A DNA stretch of 64,000 nt, from NCBI GenBank assembly GCA_963666115.2, contig CAXXET010000008.1, positions 160,001-224,000 on the forward strand, written 5' to 3'. This stretch comes from Dehalococcoidia bacterium (GTDB lineage: Bacteria; Chloroflexota; Dehalococcoidia; UBA6926). The notes under the pieces were generated by a model, which ran no database searches, was not told where the DNA came from, and worked only from the letters and a program-made list of their open reading frames with translations. A program made the position numbers and the translations under genes. This document shows positions 38,797 to 50,319 of this stretch, piece after piece (position 1 is the first letter of the stretch; every line of letters begins with the position of its first letter).

Positions 38797-39786
38797 ATGA
38801 GTACACGTGAAGGGCGGGAGCCCATTGATGCTGTTGTGACCTCCGAGCAAATTGCTCGCTTGGAGCAAGCCGTGTTCTCGTTGAAGGACTCCTCGACGAT
38901 GCCCCCTGACGTAGCCGAAGCCATGGCGAGAACGCAGTACAACTACATCCAAGAGCTCAGGGCGGAGTTGGACGCCGCTCTTGGGTTCGGGCAGCCCGCG
39001 CCAGACCTTATTGTCTCGCTGGGAGGGCCGCAGGTTCACCTGGGCAGCGTGACGGCGCGCTCGGTGACAAAGGTGCTGGATGAGTTGCAGACCGCCGTGC
39101 GCAACGTGTTCACTTGGCTCGCGGACGGCGTGTCCCGTCCCCAGAGCCGCCCAAGGGAAACCGTGTCTCGCGCAACCGGACTCAAGCTTGTCGGAGTCGG
39201 TACGGGCAGCATTCGGCTATTCCTCAATTTGCCTGGACCGGACGAATCGGCGTCCGGCGGCAGCCGCGAAACCATGGAGAACGCGGTGCGAAGTCTGCTG
39301 GACGTTGCTGAATGGGCAAGCACGGAGCAGGATGCCTCAGCGCTCATGCAAGCCAAGCCGGATGTCAACCTTGCGCGCGTTCTGCTTGAGAACGCTCAAC
39401 GAATCATTCCGGGGCAGGGCAGCGAATTTGATTACATGATCCTGTCAGGAAACCTGGTCGATGCTCGTGACGGCCTCTTCCTCACGCCGGCCGCTCACAG
39501 TCGCCTGAATGATGCGCGCTTGAAATTGCAGAATCGCGAACCCGCCGGCGTTACGGTGACTGGAACATTGCGCGCCATCGACAAGGACAAGCAGACCGTC
39601 AAGCTTCGTGCGAGTGGAAATAAGTCAGGAACGCTTTGGAAGATACCTGCGCATATGATGGAGCAGGTTTTCCAGTATCTGGCCTCCGACACCTTGGTGA
39701 CTCTGGAAGGAGTTCAGGAGTACGGGGACAACGATAAGCCCCGCCCCCTCAAGATTCGCGACATCCATCCCGCCACGAATCGATAG
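38797..39786 (+). CDS. Hypothetical protein coupled to the NTase-like gene
   Basis: 329-aa ORF, 2-bp gap; GSIRL motif and possible C-terminal OB-like VTGTLRAID. Confidence 0.65.
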   Translation: MSTREGREPIDAVVTSEQIARLEQAVFSLKDSSTMPPDVAEAMARTQYNYIQELRAELDAALGFGQPAPDLIVSLGGPQVHLGSVTARSVTKVLDELQTAVRNVFTWLADGVSRPQSRPRETVSRATGLKLVGVGTGSIRLFLNLPGPDESASGGSRETMENAVRSLLDVAEWASTEQDASALMQAKPDVNLARVLLENAQRIIPGQGSEFDYMILSGNLVDARDGLFLTPAAHSRLNDARLKLQNREPAGVTVTGTLRAIDKDKQTVKLRASGNKSGTLWKIPAHMMEQVFQYLASDTLVTLEGVQEYGDNDKPRPLKIRDIHPATNR

Positions 39787-39902
39787 AGGGATCGCCTAAG
39801 TATCCGATCGCGGTGGCTGGCCCTGCCCCGGCCCCCCATGCCGCCCCCCGCCACCATCGCTATACTTGTTGCAAGCGACACCAATCCCCAGGAGACCACA
39901 CC

Positions 39903-40268
39903 ATGGCAACAGTACGAGCAAAATACACAAACGGCGTCCTAACCCCCCTCGAACCCCTGGACCTCGAAGAAGGCAAAGAAGTAACACTCTCCATCGACAA
40001 AAGTGAATCGCCCAAGTCGTGGGCCTATGGAACAAAGGGCCAGCCAAAGGGAGCTGCCCACGAGTCCCCGTCGCCTGATGCCCAGACGACGGATGCTTCC
40101 ACGTCCGATGAGACAAAGCCGCCTCTCACCGGGTTCGCTGCCATCCTCGCAAGCGCACGCGAACTGCATGAGACCATGCCGCCGGAGGAGCAGGACCGAG
40201 CCCCCAGAGACCTCGCCAAAAACCTGAAGCACTACCTCTACGGCCACCCAAAGGAAGAAGACGAGTAA
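39903..40268 (+). CDS. AF2212/DUF104-like antitoxin
   Basis: VRAKYTNGVLTPLEPLDLEEGKEV; P.DLAKNLKHYLYG.PK tail. Confidence 0.85.
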   Translation: MATVRAKYTNGVLTPLEPLDLEEGKEVTLSIDKSESPKSWAYGTKGQPKGAAHESPSPDAQTTDASTSDETKPPLTGFAAILASARELHETMPPEEQDRAPRDLAKNLKHYLYGHPKEEDE

Positions 40269-40270
40269 GA

Positions 40271-40294
40271 GTGATCTTCGCGGACGCGGGCTAA
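40271..40294 (+). pseudogene. 7-codon remnant of a VapC/PIN toxin (MIFADAG*)
   Basis: Typical PIN N-terminus directly after the antitoxin, then a stop. Confidence 0.5.
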
Positions 40295-40334
40295 CTACAG
40301 CTACAGAGACCTAACCATGGCTGGCCGCCGCTAA

Positions 40335-40571
40335 CTACCCGCCCTCTTCCGCCGCCCGTGCCTCCGAATGCTCGGCAAGCAGCCTGTGGACGGCAGGGGC
40401 CAACTCGCGGGGAATGACCATCACGATATTGTCGGGGTCATTGAACGCGGCCTCATCTTCGGCAGCCCATTCTTCGGCAGTCAAGCTGTCGTAGTACTTG
40501 ATGAGCTCATCATACCGACGATCAACCACGTATTTTGCAGGCTTGCGAGCCTCACTCACCGACGGCTTCAT
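40335..40571 (-). CDS. Small putative antitoxin (orphan paralog of 26200-26427)
   Basis: WAAEDEAA..M.IPRELAPAV..LLAEH. Confidence 0.6.
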   Translation of the reverse strand: MKPSVSEARKPAKYVVDRRYDELIKYYDSLTAEEWAAEDEAAFNDPDNIVMVIPRELAPAVHRLLAEHSEARAAEEGG

Positions 40572-40779
40572 CTACTTTGTCCTCCGGATGCTCCGCCAAA
40601 AGCGCGCGCACCGCCGGCACAAGCTCCTTCGGTATAGCCATCCACGTCACCGTTGAATCCCAAAGCGCAGCCTCGTCCTCCGCAGCCCAGTCGTCCTCAT
40701 CCATGCCGTCATGGTATTCGACAACCTTGCGGACTCGTTCCGCGTCCCACCCAGGCGGGTAGTCATTCGGGTCATTCAT
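40552..40779 (-). CDS. Small putative antitoxin (orphan paralog of 26200-26427)
   Basis: MNDPNDYPPGWDAERVRKV. Confidence 0.65.
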   Translation of the reverse strand: MNDPNDYPPGWDAERVRKVVEYHDGMDEDDWAAEDEAALWDSTVTWMAIPKELVPAVRALLAEHPEDKVDEAVGE

Positions 40780-40788
40780 CGGTGCGCG

Positions 40789-41256
40789 TTACGAATCCGA
40801 TCGCGGCGCCTGCCCCTGCCCCGGCCCCCCCTGCCTACCCCGCCGCCGCGCCGCTATCCGCTCAGCAACACGTATCCGCGCCAAAGACCGCAGCAGCGCC
40901 GATTCCGCCCGCGCCATATCCAAATCAGGCGTCGCCGTCCGGTTCGCAAGCCGCTCCTGCGCCCGCCGCCGCGCCTCCTCGGCGCGTTCCATGTCGATGT
41001 CCTCCGCGTACTCCGCAGCGTCCGACAAAATAGTCACGCTGTCCGGCCCGATCTGCGCGAAGCCGCCGCTGATGACCAGCGCCGTCTCCTCCCCGGACGT
41101 CCGCGTCAGAACCTCGCCCGGCTGCAGCAGCGTCACAATCCGCGCGTGCCGCGGCAGCACGCCAAGCTGCCCCTCCTCGCCGGGCAGCACGACGATATCC
41201 ACGTCGTCCTCGTAGGCGATCCTGTCTAGCGCAATGATTTGCAGGTGGGTCGGCAT
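40789..41256 (-). CDS. atpC: ATP synthase F1 epsilon
   Basis: PGEEGQLGVLPRHA, ISGGFA, AEDIDMERAEEA. Confidence 0.95.
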   Translation of the reverse strand: MPTHLQIIALDRIAYEDDVDIVVLPGEEGQLGVLPRHARIVTLLQPGEVLTRTSGEETALVISGGFAQIGPDSVTILSDAAEYAEDIDMERAEEARRRAQERLANRTATPDLDMARAESALLRSLARIRVAERIAARRRGRQGGPGQGQAPRSDS

Positions 41257-41259
41257 GAT

Positions 41260-42666
<1,407 letters not shown>

Positions 42667-42670
42667 TCAT

Positions 42671-43357
42671 CTACCGTGCCAGGGCCGGCTCGGCCCCCTG
42701 TCCAAAGTAGCGATCCACGTCAAACTCCCGAAGGCTCTCGATAATCTCATCCGCCTTCGAAATATCAAGATTCGCCGTCATGCCCGTCCGCAGCCCGATT
42801 GTCCGTATGCCCGCGCCCTTTGCGGCCTTGATCCCCGCCGGCGAGTCCTCGATGGCGACGGCGTCCGCCGGGTCAAGCCCCATCAACTCGGCCGCCTTGA
42901 GATAGATATCCGGCGCGGGCTTGGTTCGCCGCACGTCCGTGGAGCACACTGCGACGTCAAAGAAATCCGTCAGCCCCAGCTTCTCCAGCTTGATCGTCAG
43001 CCACTTGCGCCGCGACGCCGTCGCGATGCCGCGCGGGATGCCCCGCCGCTCCACCACGCCCAGCAGCTCCTCCGCCTCCGGCTTGATGAAGAGCTCGCTC
43101 TTCAACACGCCCTCGATCACCGCCTCGTACCGGTCCTGGTAATGCTGCGCCGGTTCCGGCAAATTGTTCTCGCGCGTCAGCGCCTCCCACGTCCGTGTGG
43201 CCGTCGAGCCGATCCACCGCTCGTACTCCGACGCCGACAACTGCGGCGCGCCGCACTCCTCAAGAATGACGTTCACCGACTTTAAATAAAGCGGCTCGCT
43301 GTCGATCAGCACGCCGTCGAAGTCAAAGATGATGCCCCGGGCCTGGAAGGCGCTCAT
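42671..43357 (-). CDS. HAD-superfamily phosphatase (beta-PGM/CbbY-like)
   Basis: FDFDGVLIDSE, ATAS, KPAPDIY, IEDSPAG. Confidence 0.92.
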   Translation of the reverse strand: MSAFQARGIIFDFDGVLIDSEPLYLKSVNVILEECGAPQLSASEYERWIGSTATRTWEALTRENNLPEPAQHYQDRYEAVIEGVLKSELFIKPEAEELLGVVERRGIPRGIATASRRKWLTIKLEKLGLTDFFDVAVCSTDVRRTKPAPDIYLKAAELMGLDPADAVAIEDSPAGIKAAKGAGIRTIGLRTGMTANLDISKADEIIESLREFDVDRYFGQGAEPALAR

Positions 43358-44070
43358 GGTCGTTCGCCTCCCCCCAGCAGCCCCTCCACGTCAATCTCGC
43401 GCAGCGAATCCACGATGACGTGCGCGTGCGATTGGTCGGCGTCCTCCATCCACGAATTGCGGACGGCAATCGTATACAGCCCCGCGTCCCGCGCCGCCGC
43501 GATGCCGCTCGGCGAATCCTCGATGGCGAACGCATCCGCCGGTTCCACCCCAAGCGCCCGTGCCGCCTCCAGGTAAATCTCCGGGTGCGGCTTGTACTCG
43601 GAAACCATGTCGCCCGTCAGGATCGCGTCAAAGGCGTCGGAGATGCCCATGATCTCAAGCCGCGGAAATGCCCACGCCCGCCGTGAATTCGTCACCAGCG
43701 CGAACGGCGCGCCCATCCGGTGAACCGCCGCAATCAGTTCCATCGCCCCGTCCGCCGCCCGCAAATCCGTGGGAAACAGAGTCTGCGCCACCGCGTCCAC
43801 GCGCCGCGTATACTCGTCCAGCGGGATTGCCAACGCCGGCCGCAGCGCGCTCACTTGCCGCCACCACCCCTCGTTCCCGAACCCCGCCATCGTCCGCGCC
43901 TCATCGTGCGCCAGGGCCTCCTGCCCCTCCTCCACGAGGAAGCGATTGATCGCCGAAACCAGCACCCTCTCCGTATCGCACAGCGTCCCGTCCAGGTCGG
44001 TAATGACCGCCCGCAGGCGCGTCGGCGCGTCCGCGAACCGGTTAACTGTTGCCGCCGCCGCGCTCGTCAT
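43354..44070 (-). CDS. HAD-superfamily phosphatase (beta-PGM/CbbY-like)
   Basis: TDLDGTLCDTE, VTNS, KPHPEIY, IEDSPSG. Confidence 0.92.
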   Translation of the reverse strand: MTSAAAATVNRFADAPTRLRAVITDLDGTLCDTERVLVSAINRFLVEEGQEALAHDEARTMAGFGNEGWWRQVSALRPALAIPLDEYTRRVDAVAQTLFPTDLRAADGAMELIAAVHRMGAPFALVTNSRRAWAFPRLEIMGISDAFDAILTGDMVSEYKPHPEIYLEAARALGVEPADAFAIEDSPSGIAAARDAGLYTIAVRNSWMEDADQSHAHVIVDSLREIDVEGLLGGGERP

Positions 44071-44072
44071 CG

Positions 44073-44951
44073 CTACGCCTTCTCCAGCGCGGCCACGCCG
44101 CCCACCAGGTCCAAAAGTTCCTTGGTGATCGTCTCCTGCCGCGCCTTGTTGTACTCCAGCGTCAGCGCGTCGATCATCTCCCCCGCCGCGTCCGTCGCCG
44201 CCCGCATCGCCACCATCCGCGCCGACTGCTCGGACGCCGCGTTCTCCAAAGCCGCCTGGTAGATCTGCGTCTCCACGTACCGGGGCAGCAAGCCCCCGAG
44301 CACCGTCGCCGCGTCCGGCTCGTACTCGTAGTCGCCCAGCGCCGCGCCCGCGCCGTTCTCAGACGCCGCAGGCGGCTCAACCGGCAGAAGCTGACGTATG
44401 ACCGGCTCCTGCACGGCGGTATTCACGAAATTGGCATACGCCAGGTAGACGCGGTCAAGCCGCCCCTCCGCGTAGTCCTCCAGCACGACACGCGCGATGG
44501 GAGACGTATCGACAGGCTCCGGGAAATCGCCGAGGTTCAGGAACTCCGCGCGAATGTCCCGGCCCCGCCGCGAGAAGAAGTCGTTGCCCTTCTTGCCGAC
44601 GGAAATCTGCGAGACGGGATGCTCCTGCTCCAGTCCGAAATTATACGCCGCGCGGTTCAGGTTCGCGTTCAGTCCGCCGCACAGCCCCCGGTCCGGCGTG
44701 AACAACACGAGGCCGATGGTGTTCGGCTCCCGCACCTGCATCAGCGGATGAACGTCGTCCCCGCTGCCGCTCTGCCGCGCCACGATGTCCGTGATCAGAT
44801 CGAGCAGCCGCGTGGAATAGGGGCGCGACGCCATGACGCGCTGCTGCGCCCGCCGCATCTTCGCCGCCGCGATGAGCTCCATCGCGTTCGTGATGCGCTG
44901 CGTGCTCGTCACGCTGCGTATTCGCTGCCGGATCTGCCGTGTATTTGGCAC
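44073..44951 (-). CDS. atpG: ATP synthase F1 gamma
   Basis: DRGLCGGLN, ASEQSARMVAM, YNKARQETITKEL. Confidence 0.98.
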   Translation of the reverse strand: MPNTRQIRQRIRSVTSTQRITNAMELIAAAKMRRAQQRVMASRPYSTRLLDLITDIVARQSGSGDDVHPLMQVREPNTIGLVLFTPDRGLCGGLNANLNRAAYNFGLEQEHPVSQISVGKKGNDFFSRRGRDIRAEFLNLGDFPEPVDTSPIARVVLEDYAEGRLDRVYLAYANFVNTAVQEPVIRQLLPVEPPAASENGAGAALGDYEYEPDAATVLGGLLPRYVETQIYQAALENAASEQSARMVAMRAATDAAGEMIDALTLEYNKARQETITKELLDLVGGVAALEKA

Positions 44952-44988
44952 GACGCCCTATCCTCTCGCTGCTCGCCCCAATTCTCGC

Positions 44989-46500
44989 CTAGTAGGTTCC
45001 CGTCTCCTTGAACTCGTTCACCGCGTTCCGCAAAGCCCCCTCCGTCTCCTCGGCAAGGTCGCCCGACTCCCGGATCGTGTCCAGCACGCCGGAGTGCGAC
45101 GCGTCGAGGAACGCGAGGAACGCCCGCTCGAACGACCCCACGCGCTCAACGGCCACGTCGTCCATCAGTCCCTGCGTCGCCGCAAACAGGACGGCCACCT
45201 CCTTCTCCACCGGCAAAGGCTCGTACTGCCCCTGCTTGAGGAGTTCCGTCAGGATCTGCCCGCGCTCCAGCTGACGCCGCGTCGCCGGGTCAAGGTCGCC
45301 GCTCCCGAACTGCGCGAACGCCTGCAAATTGCGGAACTGCGCCAAATCAAGGCGCAGCCGTCCCGCCACGCGGCGAATGGCGCGCGTCTGCGCCGCCCCC
45401 CCCACGCGCGACACGGACAAACCCGCGTTCACCGCCGGCCGGATGCCGGAGTTGAACAGGTCCGTCTCAAGATAAATCTGCCCGTCCGTAATCGAAATCA
45501 CGTTCGTCGGGATGTACGCGGACACGTCGCCCGCCTGCGTCTCGATGATCGGCAGCGCCGTCAGCGATCCCCCCCCGTTCTCGTCGCTCATCCGCGCCGC
45601 CCGCTCCAGCAGCCGGCTGTGCAGGTAGAAAACGTCGCCCGGGTACGCCTCGCGCCCTGGCGGGCGCCGCAGCAGCAGCGAAACCTCGCGGTACGCCCAC
45701 GCGTGCTTGGAAAGATCGTCATAGACGATGAGCGCGTCCTTGCCCTCCTCCATGAACTGCTCGCCAATCGCGCACCCCGCGTACGGCGCAAGGTACTGCA
45801 TCGCGGCGGAGTCCGACGCGTTCGCCGTCACGATGACCGTGTGCTCCATCGCGCCGTTCTGCTCCAGCGTCGCCACAAGCTGCGCCACCTTGGACGCCTT
45901 CTGCCCGATGGCCACGTAGATGCAGATGAGGTCGCCGCCGCGTTGGTTGATGATCGTGTCGATGGCGATGGCCGTCTTGCCGGTCGAGCGGTCGCCGATG
46001 ATCAACTCCCGCTGCCCGCGCCCGACGGGAATCATGGAGTCCACCGCCTTGATGCCCGTCTGGACAGGCTTGTTCACGGACTGCCGCGTCACCACGTTCG
46101 GCGCAACCCTCTCCAGCGGCCTGGACTGCGTGGTCTGGATTGGCCCCTTGCCGTCCACCGCCACGCCCAGCGCGTCCACCACGCGCCCCAGCATCCCGTC
46201 GCCAACGGGCACCTCGGCGATGCGCCCCGTCGTGCGGACCTCCGAGCCCTCCTGGATGCCGGCGTCCGAGCCGAGGATGACCGTGCCCACGGTCTCCTCT
46301 TCGAGGTTCAGCGCGATGCCGATAGCCCCGGTGGCGAATTCGATCAACTCGCCGTAGCGCACCCCCGTCAGCCCGTGAACCGTCGCGATCCCGTCACCAA
46401 CCTGGATGACGGAGCCAACGTCCACGGTCTCAATCGAGACCCCAAAATCCTCAATTTGGCGCCGGATGATTGACGCAATATCCTGGCCGCGAACAGCCAT
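44989..46500 (-). CDS. atpA: ATP synthase F1 alpha
   Basis: [33 protein letters not shown]. Confidence 0.99.
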   Translation of the reverse strand: MAVRGQDIASIIRRQIEDFGVSIETVDVGSVIQVGDGIATVHGLTGVRYGELIEFATGAIGIALNLEEETVGTVILGSDAGIQEGSEVRTTGRIAEVPVGDGMLGRVVDALGVAVDGKGPIQTTQSRPLERVAPNVVTRQSVNKPVQTGIKAVDSMIPVGRGQRELIIGDRSTGKTAIAIDTIINQRGGDLICIYVAIGQKASKVAQLVATLEQNGAMEHTVIVTANASDSAAMQYLAPYAGCAIGEQFMEEGKDALIVYDDLSKHAWAYREVSLLLRRPPGREAYPGDVFYLHSRLLERAARMSDENGGGSLTALPIIETQAGDVSAYIPTNVISITDGQIYLETDLFNSGIRPAVNAGLSVSRVGGAAQTRAIRRVAGRLRLDLAQFRNLQAFAQFGSGDLDPATRRQLERGQILTELLKQGQYEPLPVEKEVAVLFAATQGLMDDVAVERVGSFERAFLAFLDASHSGVLDTIRESGDLAEETEGALRNAVNEFKETGTY

Positions 46501-46565
46501 CGTTCAGTCCCCTTGTCTCTACTTCCTTGTGCGTTCCAAGTCGTGCTTGCGCTCCGGTGGCCCGT

Positions 46566-47111
46566 CTATGACGACGCCGCGCTCTCCCGCAGCCACTCCC
46601 GCAGATTCCGGAGCCGCGCCCGCGTGCTGCCGTCCAAAACGCGGTCGCCCACACGCGCCACGAACCCGCCGATGATCTCCGGGTCCACGTCCACGGACAA
46701 CCGCAAGTCGCGCCCAACCTGCCGGTTCAGCAGCAGCCGCACCTGCTCCTGCAGGTCGTCGTCCATCTGCTCTGCGGAGGTCACGCTTGCCGCCACGATG
46801 CCCCGTTCCTCGTCCAGCATCCGCAGGTAGTCGTCCAGGATGCCCTGCGCCAGGTGCGAGCGGTTCCGCCGGATCAGGATCATGGCAAGGTTCCGCCCAA
46901 GCGGCGCAACGCTCCCAAGGTGCTGATCCAGCAGTTGCCGCTTGTTCTCCTGCGAGACGCGCGGCGATTCCACGAACGCTTGGACGTCCGGCAGCCCCAG
47001 GACGTCTGCGATCGTCTGCAGGTCGTCCCGCCACTGGTCGAGCGTGTCCTGGTCGCGCGCAATGTCGAACACCGCCTGCGCGTATCGCCGGGATGATCCG
47101 CCGGACGGCAT
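46566..47111 (-). CDS. atpH: ATP synthase F1 delta
   Basis: RRYAQAVF, VDPEIIGGFVARVGDRVLDGS. Confidence 0.96.
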   Translation of the reverse strand: MPSGGSSRRYAQAVFDIARDQDTLDQWRDDLQTIADVLGLPDVQAFVESPRVSQENKRQLLDQHLGSVAPLGRNLAMILIRRNRSHLAQGILDDYLRMLDEERGIVAASVTSAEQMDDDLQEQVRLLLNRQVGRDLRLSVDVDPEIIGGFVARVGDRVLDGSTRARLRNLREWLRESAASS

Positions 47112-47114
47112 CGG

Positions 47115-47624
47115 TTAGGAGCCTCCGCCGTTCGTGATCTCTTCCGCCTCGCGCAACACCTCTTCAACGAGATTCCGGTGCGCGTCATGGTCCAGCGACT
47201 GGTTGATGATCCGCTCGGCGGCGATGATCGAGAGATCGATGATCTCCTGCCTCCCCCGCTCGATGATCTCAGCCGCCTCCCGCCGCAGTTCCTCCCGTGA
47301 CCGCTCAGCAAGCGCCTCCGCATCCTGCCGCGCCTGCGCCAGCAGCTCCTCCGCCTGGCGCCGGCTCGTCTCCGTCGCCTGCTGGACGATCTGCTGCGCC
47401 CGGTCCCTGGCCTCCGCCAGCGCCTGCTGAACCTCCTCGCCGCTCCGCGCGGACTCCTCGCGCGCGCGCTCCGCCTCCGAGAGTGCCTCCCGGATGCGTT
47501 CCGCCCGCTGGTCGAGCATCCGCGTCACCGGCTTGTACAGGATCAGCGACAGCAGCAGCAGGAAAATCCCGAAGTTGATGAACTGGCTGATCAGTCCGGG
47601 AATGTTGAATCCGATGGCTTCCAT
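47115..47624 (-). CDS. atpF: ATP synthase Fo subunit b
   Basis: QFINF..L..LYKPV..MLDQR, then coiled coil. Confidence 0.95.
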   Translation of the reverse strand: MEAIGFNIPGLISQFINFGIFLLLLSLILYKPVTRMLDQRAERIREALSEAERAREESARSGEEVQQALAEARDRAQQIVQQATETSRRQAEELLAQARQDAEALAERSREELRREAAEIIERGRQEIIDLSIIAAERIINQSLDHDAHRNLVEEVLREAEEITNGGGS

Positions 47625-47645
47625 CGACTCATGTCCCTTTCCGCT

Positions 47646-48149
<504 letters not shown>

Positions 48150-49262
48150 CTAGTGCGCCTCCTCCCCGTGACCCTCACTCCCGTGGTGCGTAACGGCAAG
48201 AATCCCGAAGATCAGCGTCAAAATCGCGAAGATGAACGCCTGAATGATACCGAAGAACACTTCCATGAAGAACACGCCCACCACGAACGTCAGCGGCACG
48301 AAGAACGACATCATCAGGATCAAAATCTCACCCGCGAACACGTTTCCGAACAGCCGGAACGTAAAGCTCAGCAGCCGCACAAGCTCCGAGATCAGGTCCA
48401 CGAACCCCACGAAGATGTCGATCAGCCCGAACGGGATGTCCCCCTTCAAAAGCCGCCCAAAGTTGAAGAACTTGCCAAGATAGGCGAACAGCCCCAGGCT
48501 CGTCACCCCCCAGAACTCCACGAAGATGAAGCTCCACACCGCGATGGCGAACGGCGTGTTCACGTCCGTATTGGCGGGCCGCAGCATCGGCACCAGGTGC
48601 CCCGCGTTCAACTCGGGATTGTTCGCGTGGAACTCCTCCCACTGGTCGCCGTAGATGTCGTACTTCGTCGTCGTCTTGCCGTCCAGCTCATACTCAAAGC
48701 CGCCAATGGGATAGTTGTTGTTGGCGTCCAGCACGTACAGGTGCAGGTCGGCCAGCTTCTTGTCCAGCTCCGCCCCGGAATACTTCTCCTCGTAGTGGTG
48801 AACCTCCTCCTCGGCGGACACCACCGTGTAGATGGTGCCCGTGCCGGGGATGAAGCCCAGCAGGTTCGCCGCCGCAACGAACAGGAAGATGGTCGCCACG
48901 ACCGGGAAGAACCGCCGCCCGTTCACCGCCCCCGCCGCGGACTGGCACAGGTTCAGCAGCCCCTCGACGACGGCCTCCGCCAGCGCCTGCATCCGTCCCG
49001 GCACGACGCTCATCTTGCGCGTGGCGATGTAGGCGAGGATGAGCACCGCGGCCATGCCGATCCACTGCTGGATCACCGTGGAGCGAACCGGGTAGCCGTC
49101 CTCAAAGCCGGGAATCGGCAGCGTGATCGGAATGGTGATAAACGGGTCGATCTGGAGGGGCGGAATCTCCAGCGGCCCCTTCAGGTACAGCAGCCCGAAG
49201 ACGGTTAAAAGGAGCGCGGCGATGATGCTGAACAGCACACGAGGCCGCGCAAGCAGACTCAC
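48150..49262 (-). CDS. atpB: ATP synthase Fo subunit a with long extracytoplasmic loop
   Basis: VPGRMQ..E, SFTFRLFGNVFAGE, IQAFIF..LT. Confidence 0.95.
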   Translation of the reverse strand: MSLLARPRVLFSIIAALLLTVFGLLYLKGPLEIPPLQIDPFITIPITLPIPGFEDGYPVRSTVIQQWIGMAAVLILAYIATRKMSVVPGRMQALAEAVVEGLLNLCQSAAGAVNGRRFFPVVATIFLFVAAANLLGFIPGTGTIYTVVSAEEEVHHYEEKYSGAELDKKLADLHLYVLDANNNYPIGGFEYELDGKTTTKYDIYGDQWEEFHANNPELNAGHLVPMLRPANTDVNTPFAIAVWSFIFVEFWGVTSLGLFAYLGKFFNFGRLLKGDIPFGLIDIFVGFVDLISELVRLLSFTFRLFGNVFAGEILILMMSFFVPLTFVVGVFFMEVFFGIIQAFIFAILTLIFGILAVTHHGSEGHGEEAH

Positions 49263-49531
49263 TCGTCGTTATCCTTTCGCGTGGGACGCGGCGACAAAAG
49301 CGGCGCAGCCATCCGGTACGCCCCCAAAGCCGCCGTAATCAACCCCAACCCCACTCCCAGTAGCGTGAATAGCGGCGTCACCCCAAGGCGGCCATCCAGC
49401 CAGACCCCGCCCAGCACGCCCAGAAGGATGCAGGCGGCGACGTACCATCCGAGGCCAAGCAGCCGCGCTGCGACGTGCATGGCCCTGCTGCCGGTTAACC
49501 GCGACATGACACCGCTTGCGAAACGTACCAC
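49259..49531 (-). CDS. AtpZ/AtpI-family (ATPase gene 1) protein
   Basis: G..GVWLDGRLGVTPLFTLLG; first gene of the atp operon. Confidence 0.85.
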   Translation of the reverse strand: MVRFASGVMSRLTGSRAMHVAARLLGLGWYVAACILLGVLGGVWLDGRLGVTPLFTLLGVGLGLITAALGAYRMAAPLLSPRPTRKDNDE

Positions 49532-49576
49532 ACCCCCATAACCGCGTCAATCAGCAGGCGAGGGCAGGCCGGAGTC

Positions 49577-50209
49577 CTACTCCTTCCGCTGCTCGCCCTC
49601 GAGATCCATGTTGATCTCCTCAACCGCGTCGCTGAACGCCGACATCTTCCGCGCCTCCGCATCGGACACCCCGGACTCCCCGTCCCCCTCCAGGTTCAGC
49701 TCCTCCACGAAATCCCGGAACGCCGACAGCTTCCGAAGCTCCTCTTCGGTCACCTCCCGATGCCCGCCCCCTTCCGCGTCCCGCGCAAACACGTAGTCCC
49801 CCGTGTCCGAATTGATGAGCACCCCCGCCTCGTTCAGCACCTCGTCCGCCGCGTAGATGGGAACCTCCGCCCGCACCGCCAGCGCGACCGCGTCGCTCGG
49901 ACGGCAATCAATCTCAATGTCGTTCTCGCCGTGCCGCGCGACAATCGTCGCGAAAAACGTATCGTCCTTCAGGTCGGAGATGAGGATATGGCGAATCTCC
50001 CCGCCAAGCTGCGGGATCACCGTATTCAAAAGATCGTGCGTCAGCGGGCGCGGCACGCGAACGTTCTGCATCCTGATCGCGATGGATTCGGCCTCCGCAG
50101 GGCCGATCCAGATGATCAGCCGCCGTTCCGCCTCTTTCTCCTTGAGAATCACGACGCGCTGATAGCTGTTGAGGCTCACGCCGATCCTGTCGATTGTCAT
50201 CTCGATCAT
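49577..50209 (-). CDS. Bifunctional nuclease family protein (DUF151)
   Basis: IWIGPAEA, PRPLTHDLL, IDCRPSDAVALA. Confidence 0.93.
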   Translation of the reverse strand: MIEMTIDRIGVSLNSYQRVVILKEKEAERRLIIWIGPAEAESIAIRMQNVRVPRPLTHDLLNTVIPQLGGEIRHILISDLKDDTFFATIVARHGENDIEIDCRPSDAVALAVRAEVPIYAADEVLNEAGVLINSDTGDYVFARDAEGGGHREVTEEELRKLSAFRDFVEELNLEGDGESGVSDAEARKMSAFSDAVEEINMDLEGEQRKE

Positions 50210-50280
50210 GCGGCCCACCTCCCTCCCTCCCCGGATTCCCAATTGTACGCCCCCAACCCAACACGGACAATCACAACCCC

Positions 50281-50311
50281 CTCCGTCATTCCGGCGAAGG
50301 CCGGAATCCAT
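50281..50311. repeat. REP CCGTCATTCCGGCGAAGGCCGGAATCC
   Basis: Identical to the copies at 48023 and 48087. Confidence 0.88.
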
Positions 50312-50319
50312 CGCCCCCC

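Noticed and set aside
28659-40779. Complete prophage or integrative element
   Set aside because: No integrase, att sites, capsid, tail, replication or lysis genes, and the housekeeping gene rex lies inside the interval.
44833-46473. Long antisense ORFs (also 11121-12641, 32564-33859, 34631-35950, 48153-49208, 52946-54277)
   Set aside because: They are shadow frames typical of high-GC genes, with low-complexity R/P/V/H-rich translations and no motifs.
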